64,000 bases of DNA, from assembly GCA_031378375.1 (NCBI GenBank), contig JANNEF010000313.1:3893-67892 (forward strand). Reading direction: 5' to 3'. The notes beneath the pieces were generated by a model. The model ran no database searches. It was given only the letters and a program-made list of their open reading frames with translations, and was not told where the DNA came from. The DNA comes from Verrucomicrobiota bacterium (GTDB lineage: Bacteria > Verrucomicrobiota > Verrucomicrobiia > Limisphaerales > JANNEF01). Positions 58,870-64,000 of this stretch are shown in pieces; positions within the stretch are counted from its first letter, which is position 1; every line of letters starts with the position of its first letter. Both the position numbers and the translations under genes were made by a program.

Positions 58870-60144
58870 ATGCCACAATTTGCTTACAAGGCCCGGCGGC
58901 GTTCGGGCGAGGTCGTGCAGGGGGTTCTCGACGTGGCGGACCGTTCGGCGGCGCTCGTGCAGATCGAACGGCAGGGCTTGTTCCCCGTAATGGTGGACGC
59001 CGCCAAGGGCGCGGTCGCTGCCGCTGAAAAAGAAGCCGAACGCAAGCCGGGCAAATCGTCCTCGTTGATGCCGGTGGCGATGCGCGAGGCCATGGGGCGC
59101 AAGCGCAAGCCGAAGTTGCAGGAACTGGCGACGTTCACCCAGCAGTTGGCCAACCTGCTCAAGTGCGGCATGCCGCTGACGGTGGCGCTGCAAAGCATGT
59201 CACACCTGGAGTCCAAGGGCATCCCCTCGGACGTGAGCAAGGATCTCAAGCAGGACGTCATGGAGGGCAAAAGCCTGTCCGACGCGATGGCCAAGAAGCC
59301 CGACATCTTCTCCGACCTCTACGTGAACATGGTCAAAGCCGGCGAGCAGGCGGGCGCGCTGGTCGAGGTGCTCAGGCGTCTGGCCACTCACTTCGAACGG
59401 TTCGCGGAGGTGCAGTCCAAGTTCACCTCCGCGCTGATTTACCCGGCGATCGTGGCGACGGTGGGCATCGTCATCATCATTTTCTTCATGACCTTCATGC
59501 TGCCGAAGTTCATGACGATCTTTCAGGGATTGAAGGTTCCGTTGCCGTGGGCGACCCGGATGCTGATGGGGGCGTCGGACTTTTTCACCTATTATTGGTG
59601 GTTGATGCTGGCGGTGCTCATCGTCGCTTCGGTGATCTGGAAACGGTTTTCGGCCACGGAGGAAGGCAAGCGCAAGATTGACGGGTGGAAGATGCGCGCG
59701 CCCATTTTGGGCAAAGCGGTAAAGTTGAATCTGTTCGGTCAGTTCGCGCGCACCCTTTCGACGTTGCTCATCAACGGCGTGCCCGTGCTCACGGCGCTCA
59801 AAATCACCGAGCAAATCGTGCCCAACCGCATTCTGAAGGAAGCCATCGCCCAAACGCGCGAAGGTGTGACTGACGGTAAAACCATCGCCCAGCCGCTGGC
59901 CAAGAGCAAACTGTTCCCGCAACTCATGATTGACCTGCTGAAGATTGGCGAGGAAACCGGCGATGTCCCGGGCGCGTTGCAGAACATCGCCGAGACTTAC
60001 GAGAGTGAACTGAGCATCCAGTTGCGCGTGATGACCAATTTGATCGAGCCGATCATGATCATCTGCATGGCCGTGGGCGTGGGCTTCCTGCTGTTCAGCG
60101 TGCTTTCAGCCATGTTCGCCATCACGAGCAGCATCAACCGGTGA
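58870..60144 (+). CDS. gspF: type II secretion / type IV pilus platform protein (GspF/PilC family)
   Basis: 424 aa. Duplicated T2SF domains (FTQQLANLLKCGMPLTVAL...; FARTLSTLLINGVPVLTAL...) and three TM segments. Confidence 0.9.
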   Translation: MPQFAYKARRRSGEVVQGVLDVADRSAALVQIERQGLFPVMVDAAKGAVAAAEKEAERKPGKSSSLMPVAMREAMGRKRKPKLQELATFTQQLANLLKCGMPLTVALQSMSHLESKGIPSDVSKDLKQDVMEGKSLSDAMAKKPDIFSDLYVNMVKAGEQAGALVEVLRRLATHFERFAEVQSKFTSALIYPAIVATVGIVIIIFFMTFMLPKFMTIFQGLKVPLPWATRMLMGASDFFTYYWWLMLAVLIVASVIWKRFSATEEGKRKIDGWKMRAPILGKAVKLNLFGQFARTLSTLLINGVPVLTALKITEQIVPNRILKEAIAQTREGVTDGKTIAQPLAKSKLFPQLMIDLLKIGEETGDVPGALQNIAETYESELSIQLRVMTNLIEPIMIICMAVGVGFLLFSVLSAMFAITSSINR

Positions 60145-60148
60145 GATT

Positions 60149-60769
60149 ATGAGAGTTCGTAGTCAGTGGTCAGTCGTCAGTAGTCAGGGCCTGCGCAGGC
60201 GTGGGCTGCGGACTACGGACTGCGGACTACGGACTGGCTGCGCCTTCACGCTCGTCGAAATCATGGTTGTCGTTGCCATCATGGGCGTGGTGATGACGAT
60301 GGCCATCCCGTCCATGTGGCGGAAGCTGCACCCTGAATCCATGCAGAAAGCCGTCTCGGACATGATGGAGGCGTGCAGCCACGCGCGGGCGAACGCGATT
60401 TTGGGCGGCGTGATCACCGAACTGGTCGTCCGTCCCTACGACCGGCAAATCAGCGTCCACGCCACCGGCAGTGCCACGGCGGATGATTCGCCATATGGCG
60501 GAGGAGACGCACCGCCATCGCCGAAATCAGGAGGCGGTGGGGAGGGTTTTTCCTTCCGCGTGGCCGAGAACATCATGATCGAAGGGATCCGGTTGAACTT
60601 GGAGGACTGGACGGAGGACGAGGAGGTGCGCGTGCGTTTTTATCCGAATGGAACGGCGGATGAGTTCAGCATTTTTTTCGTTTCGGACAAGGCGGAGCGA
60701 CGGCAGATTTTTCTGGAAGTGACGACGGGGCTCGCGGATCTGGAGTCGGATCCGCTAAAATTCAGGTGA
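60149..60769 (+). CDS. pseudopilin with prepilin-type N-terminal methylation motif (GspH-like), unusually long leader
   Basis: AFTLVEIMVVVAIMGVVMTMAIPS motif begins at codon 32-33. The only in-frame start upstream of it is the ATG at 60149. C-terminus is GspH-like (RVRFYPNGTADEFSIFF). Confidence 0.8.
   Translation: MRVRSQWSVVSSQGLRRRGLRTTDCGLRTGCAFTLVEIMVVVAIMGVVMTMAIPSMWRKLHPESMQKAVSDMMEACSHARANAILGGVITELVVRPYDRQISVHATGSATADDSPYGGGDAPPSPKSGGGGEGFSFRVAENIMIEGIRLNLEDWTEDEEVRVRFYPNGTADEFSIFFVSDKAERRQIFLEVTTGLADLESDPLKFR
60158..60236. repeat. heptamer-repeat inverted pair: (GTNGTCA)x4, GC spacer, (CGGACTR)x4
   Basis: cgtagtcagtggtcagtcgtcagtagtcag (60158-60187) and cggactacggactgcggactacggactgg (60209-60236). 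gtagtc and gactac are complementary. Same heptamer family as 5255-5373. Confidence 0.8.
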
Positions 60770-60773
60770 ACGC

Positions 60774-61238
60774 GTGAACCTTTTGATTTTCACTCACGAT
60801 TCACACGCCACGCGCCACGGCGCGCGCACCAGCGCGTTCACCCTGCTGGAAGTCATCGTGGCGTGCGCGATTTTCTTCATGGCAGTATTCTCGATTTTAT
60901 CACTGGTGACGGGCGGACTGGCAGCCGCGCGAGCGTTGCAACAACGCGAGCCGGACGCGGGGATGATTGCATCCGTGGACATCCAGACGAACATCATGGT
61001 GGAGGAAAGCCGGCAGGGGGATTTCGAGGATTTGTATCCCGGCCTGTATCCGGGCTACTCCTGGGGTTTCGATTCGGTGGAAATCGGGAGCAACGGTTTG
61101 TTTCAGGTGGATTACGTCGTGGCCCGCGCGCAAGGCAAGAAGGGCGTTTCCGAAACCCGCATGCAAGTTCTGATGTTCATGCCCGGTTCGCCGCCTGGCA
61201 GCGCCTCGAAGGCGATGGGAGGATTGGGAGGAAGATGA
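60774..61238 (+). CDS. pseudopilin (GspI-like) with prepilin-type N-terminal motif
   Basis: SAFTLLEVIVACAIFFMAVFSILSL. 154 aa. GTG start. Confidence 0.75.
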   Translation: MNLLIFTHDSHATRHGARTSAFTLLEVIVACAIFFMAVFSILSLVTGGLAAARALQQREPDAGMIASVDIQTNIMVEESRQGDFEDLYPGLYPGYSWGFDSVEIGSNGLFQVDYVVARAQGKKGVSETRMQVLMFMPGSPPGSASKAMGGLGGR

Positions 61239-62068
61239 TGCCCGTCGCGTTCAAATGGAACGGTTCGATCCTCGCCGCCCGGCGCAGTCGCAGTCGCGCT
61301 GCGTTTACCATCCTGGAAATCATGATCGCCATCTCGATTTTCGCGATGGTACTGACGGCGATTTATACCATTTGGATTTCGATTCTGAAAGGATCGAAGA
61401 CTGCCATGGCCGCCGCCGCAGGAGTGCAACGGTCGCGCATCGCCATCCGTTCCATCGAAGACGCGCTGCTGACAACGACGATGTACAGCGCGAACGTCAA
61501 CGAGTATTCCTTCGTCGGCGAGGCCAACAGTGTGAGCATGTTGGCTCGGCTGCCGGCGACTTTTCCAGGCGTTGGCCGCTACGGCGATCAGGTGGTGCGA
61601 CGGGTGAGCTTTTACACCCAGGCCGGAAAAGACGGGATGGACGAACTGGTCATGTCGCAGCATCCCATGCTGCTGGACACAACTGGAACGGTCGAGGCCT
61701 ACACAATCACACTGGCGCGCGATGTGAGCGAGTTCTCATTGGAGTATTATGACGCTCAAAAAAAGAAGTGGAGCGAAGATTGGATCATCACCACCAACCA
61801 ACTGCCGAAGATGGTACGGGTCATTCTTGGATTGGGCAAGCTGCCCGGGTCGAACTCGAAAGCGCAGGATGTGGTAGCGAAGATTGTGGCCTTGCCGGCA
61901 ACCGCGGTGGGGCCGGATCTCCAGGGAGCTGTGCCGGCCACGGGCGGTTTGAACACAAACCGGCTGGGCCAGGATTCGCGAATGGGGAACGACAGGCTGC
62001 GGCAAGGCGGCGGCGGCGGCACGCAGCCGGGCGGGAACCAGTTCAAGAACCCCAAGAATCCCTTCTAA
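61235..62068 (+). CDS. pseudopilin (GspJ-like) with prepilin-type N-terminal motif
   Basis: AAFTILEIMIAISIFAMVLTAIYT. ATG at 61235 overlaps the previous stop (ATGA). Gly-rich tail. Confidence 0.75.
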   Translation: MMPVAFKWNGSILAARRSRSRAAFTILEIMIAISIFAMVLTAIYTIWISILKGSKTAMAAAAGVQRSRIAIRSIEDALLTTTMYSANVNEYSFVGEANSVSMLARLPATFPGVGRYGDQVVRRVSFYTQAGKDGMDELVMSQHPMLLDTTGTVEAYTITLARDVSEFSLEYYDAQKKKWSEDWIITTNQLPKMVRVILGLGKLPGSNSKAQDVVAKIVALPATAVGPDLQGAVPATGGLNTNRLGQDSRMGNDRLRQGGGGGTQPGGNQFKNPKNPF

Positions 62069-62082
62069 GGGTGGTCCCGGGC

Positions 62083-63183
62083 ATGAAGATAAAACCGCAT
62101 TCAACTTCCTCCGGCATCGCGCTCATCATGGTGATGATCGTGGTGATGGTGCTGGCGATTCTGGCGGGCGGCTTCGCTTATTCGATGAAGGTGGAGACGA
62201 AGCTGGCGCGTAATGCGTCGAATGACTCGGAGTTGGAATGGATGGGGCGGTCGGGAATTGAACTGGCGAAATACATCCTCGCGCAGGAGTTTCAAAAACG
62301 CGACGGGCGTTACGATTCATTGCGAGACCGATGGGCGGGTGGCCCAGGCGATACGAACGGCGTGCTGGCCGAAATCCCCATGGACCATTACCAACTGGGC
62401 AACGGCTGGTTCTCGCTGAAAATGGTGGACATGGACCGCAAGTTCAACATCAACGTGGCCGCCAACCCGCGCCAGCGCCAACCGGAGGTGCTGCGGCGTG
62501 CGCTCACACTCGTCGGCGTGGACGCAGCGGCGGTTCCGACGATTGTGGATTCCATTTTGGACTGGTGCGATCCGAATGACAGCACCGAACCCAATGGAAC
62601 GGAGAGTGATACTTACCAGCATTCGACCCCGCCGTATTTTGCCAAGAACGGGCCGATTGACGACCTTTCGGAATTGCTGCTTATCAACGGGGTGACGCCG
62701 GCGATGTATTGGGGTTCTTCTGGCGGTGGCGCCCGTGTTCAGGTGATGAATCGCCCCGTACTCGGTCGGCGAACGCCGAGCGAGGAGCCGGCCTATCTGG
62801 TCGGATTCGTGGAATTATTTACGACGATTTCGAGTGGGAAAATCAACGCCAACACGGCTTCGCTCACGGATTTACAGGTATTGCCGTTCATTGAGGAGAA
62901 CATAGCAGCAGCGATTATTTCAGGGCCAGCTGGTCGCGCCGGCCCGAATGGTACAGACGGCGATGAGGATGACATGCCCTTTCATAGCGTGGGCGAAATG
63001 GCGCGAGTCCCTGAACTCCAACAGGTGCCGCCACAGTTTCTACAACAGTTTTTCACCACGCAAAGCCTTGTCTTCGAGGTTCGTGTTGATGCGAATATTA
63101 ACGGCAGCCGCCGTCAGTTTGTGGCGTTAGTGCGCCGCAATAGCCCGCGCGATATTCAGATCCTGAATCTGAGCTGGAAATAA
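62083..63183 (+). CDS. gspK: type II secretion minor pseudopilin GspK-like
   Basis: SSGIALIMVMIVVMVLAIL anchor. GspK-typical KFNINVA, LDWCDPNDS and ELLLINGVTPAMY segments. Confidence 0.8.
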   Translation: MKIKPHSTSSGIALIMVMIVVMVLAILAGGFAYSMKVETKLARNASNDSELEWMGRSGIELAKYILAQEFQKRDGRYDSLRDRWAGGPGDTNGVLAEIPMDHYQLGNGWFSLKMVDMDRKFNINVAANPRQRQPEVLRRALTLVGVDAAAVPTIVDSILDWCDPNDSTEPNGTESDTYQHSTPPYFAKNGPIDDLSELLLINGVTPAMYWGSSGGGARVQVMNRPVLGRRTPSEEPAYLVGFVELFTTISSGKINANTASLTDLQVLPFIEENIAAAIISGPAGRAGPNGTDGDEDDMPFHSVGEMARVPELQQVPPQFLQQFFTTQSLVFEVRVDANINGSRRQFVALVRRNSPRDIQILNLSWK

Positions 63184-63197
63184 TCCCACTCGCTCAC

Positions 63198-63941
63198 TTG
63201 GGAAAAATTGTTTTTGTCACGGGAACTGACACGGGCGCTGGCAAGACGCTGCTGACCGCCTCGTTGCTTCTTCATCTGCGCCAAAGTGGAGTGAAGGCGT
63301 TGGCAATGAAGCCATTTTGTTCGGGGCCGCGCTCGGACGTTCGACTGATTCAGAATATCCAGAATTCGGAAGTTCCGGACGAAGTGGTGAACCCGTTTTA
63401 CTTTCCTGAATCGCTCGCTCCACTCGTCGCATCCAGGAAGCATCGGAAAAGAATTCTTATCGCCGACGTTCTCGAACGCATCAGCAGCATTAGTGAAGAA
63501 TGCGATTATCTGCTGGTGGAGGGTGCTGGCGGTTTGCTCGCGCCACTCGGTGAACATTACACGGCACTGGACATCATAAGGGAGCTGCGCTGTGGGGTGC
63601 TTGTAGTCGCTCGCAACCGGTTGGGCACGCTTAACCACACCCTACTCACCGTTAAGGCCCTGGAGAGTGTCGCGCATGGCGGGTTTACGGTCGTTTTGTC
63701 AGACGAGCGGCTACCTGACGATTCTGCGGAAACGAACCTCTTAACTTTGCAAGAATTGCTGGCGCCAGCGGAAGTATTGACGCTTCCATATTTGGGAAAG
63801 CGCGCGACCCAGTTGATGGGCGTGAGAAAGAATCAAAAAAAAGTCAAAAAAGTACTTGCACCGATTCTGGGTTCCGCTATTTTCGGCGTCGTTCGCAGTG
63901 ACAGCACGCGAATGTTAAAGACAAGTAACAAAACCTGTTGA
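63198..63941 (+). CDS. bioD: dethiobiotin synthase
   Basis: VTGTDTGAGKT P-loop and LLVEGAGGLLAPL motif. TTG start. Confidence 0.85.
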   Translation: MGKIVFVTGTDTGAGKTLLTASLLLHLRQSGVKALAMKPFCSGPRSDVRLIQNIQNSEVPDEVVNPFYFPESLAPLVASRKHRKRILIADVLERISSISEECDYLLVEGAGGLLAPLGEHYTALDIIRELRCGVLVVARNRLGTLNHTLLTVKALESVAHGGFTVVLSDERLPDDSAETNLLTLQELLAPAEVLTLPYLGKRATQLMGVRKNQKKVKKVLAPILGSAIFGVVRSDSTRMLKTSNKTC

Positions 63942-64000
63942 CAGTCTTTTGAGAAAAAGGGTATTTTTTCTCCACACGGAACTGATAACTCAGATGCCGA

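Overview
High-GC bacterial chromosomal segment. Its content looks like the PVC superphylum, most likely Verrucomicrobiota. That is an inference from DUF1501/DUF1800/DUF1549-DUF1553 genes, PEP-CTERM tails, prepilin-type pseudopilins and several palindromic intergenic repeat families. No homology search could be run. Housekeeping genes are interleaved with accessory blocks. Housekeeping and well-known families: guanine-deaminase-like gene, GNAT, purH, phoU-phoB-phoR, tmk, rpsT, tRNA-Pro(TGG), tRNA-Thr(TGT), tRNA-Ala(GGC), a DnaJ-class chaperone, a polyprenyl synthase / ECF sigma / anti-sigma group, an OYE flavoenzyme, nfeD-floA, larE, a gspF-H-I-J-K pseudopilin operon and bioD. Accessory blocks: (1) a lower-GC SBBP beta-propeller surface protein followed by about 1 kb of fragmentary C-terminal modules. 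(2) A roughly 21-kb island (13.3-34.7 kb) with four DUF1501 genes. Each is paired with a DUF1800 or DUF1549/DUF1553 partner. The island also holds twin PEP-CTERM proteins, a DUF1573-cytochrome c fusion, an ankyrin protein and a small membrane protein. (3) A 2262-aa Ig / Calx-beta / DUF11 / DUF4082 adhesin with an unrecognised domain present twice and an internal duplication. No CRISPR array, cas gene, transposase, integrase, rRNA or recognisable defence gene was seen. My best candidate for an undescribed system is the DUF1800/DUF1501/PEP-CTERM/cytochrome island, whose function is unknown. Non-coding oddities worth follow-up: a GTAGTCA-type heptamer repeat family at four loci (one with 17 perfect copies, one translated as a prepilin leader); a phased ~42-bp array of palindromes in an 826-bp gene-free gap; a palindromic element inserted in-frame in a CDS; and a 1-nt frameshift in floA. 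All family calls rest on motif recognition by eye. Many long GC-driven antisense ORFs in the supplied track were rejected.
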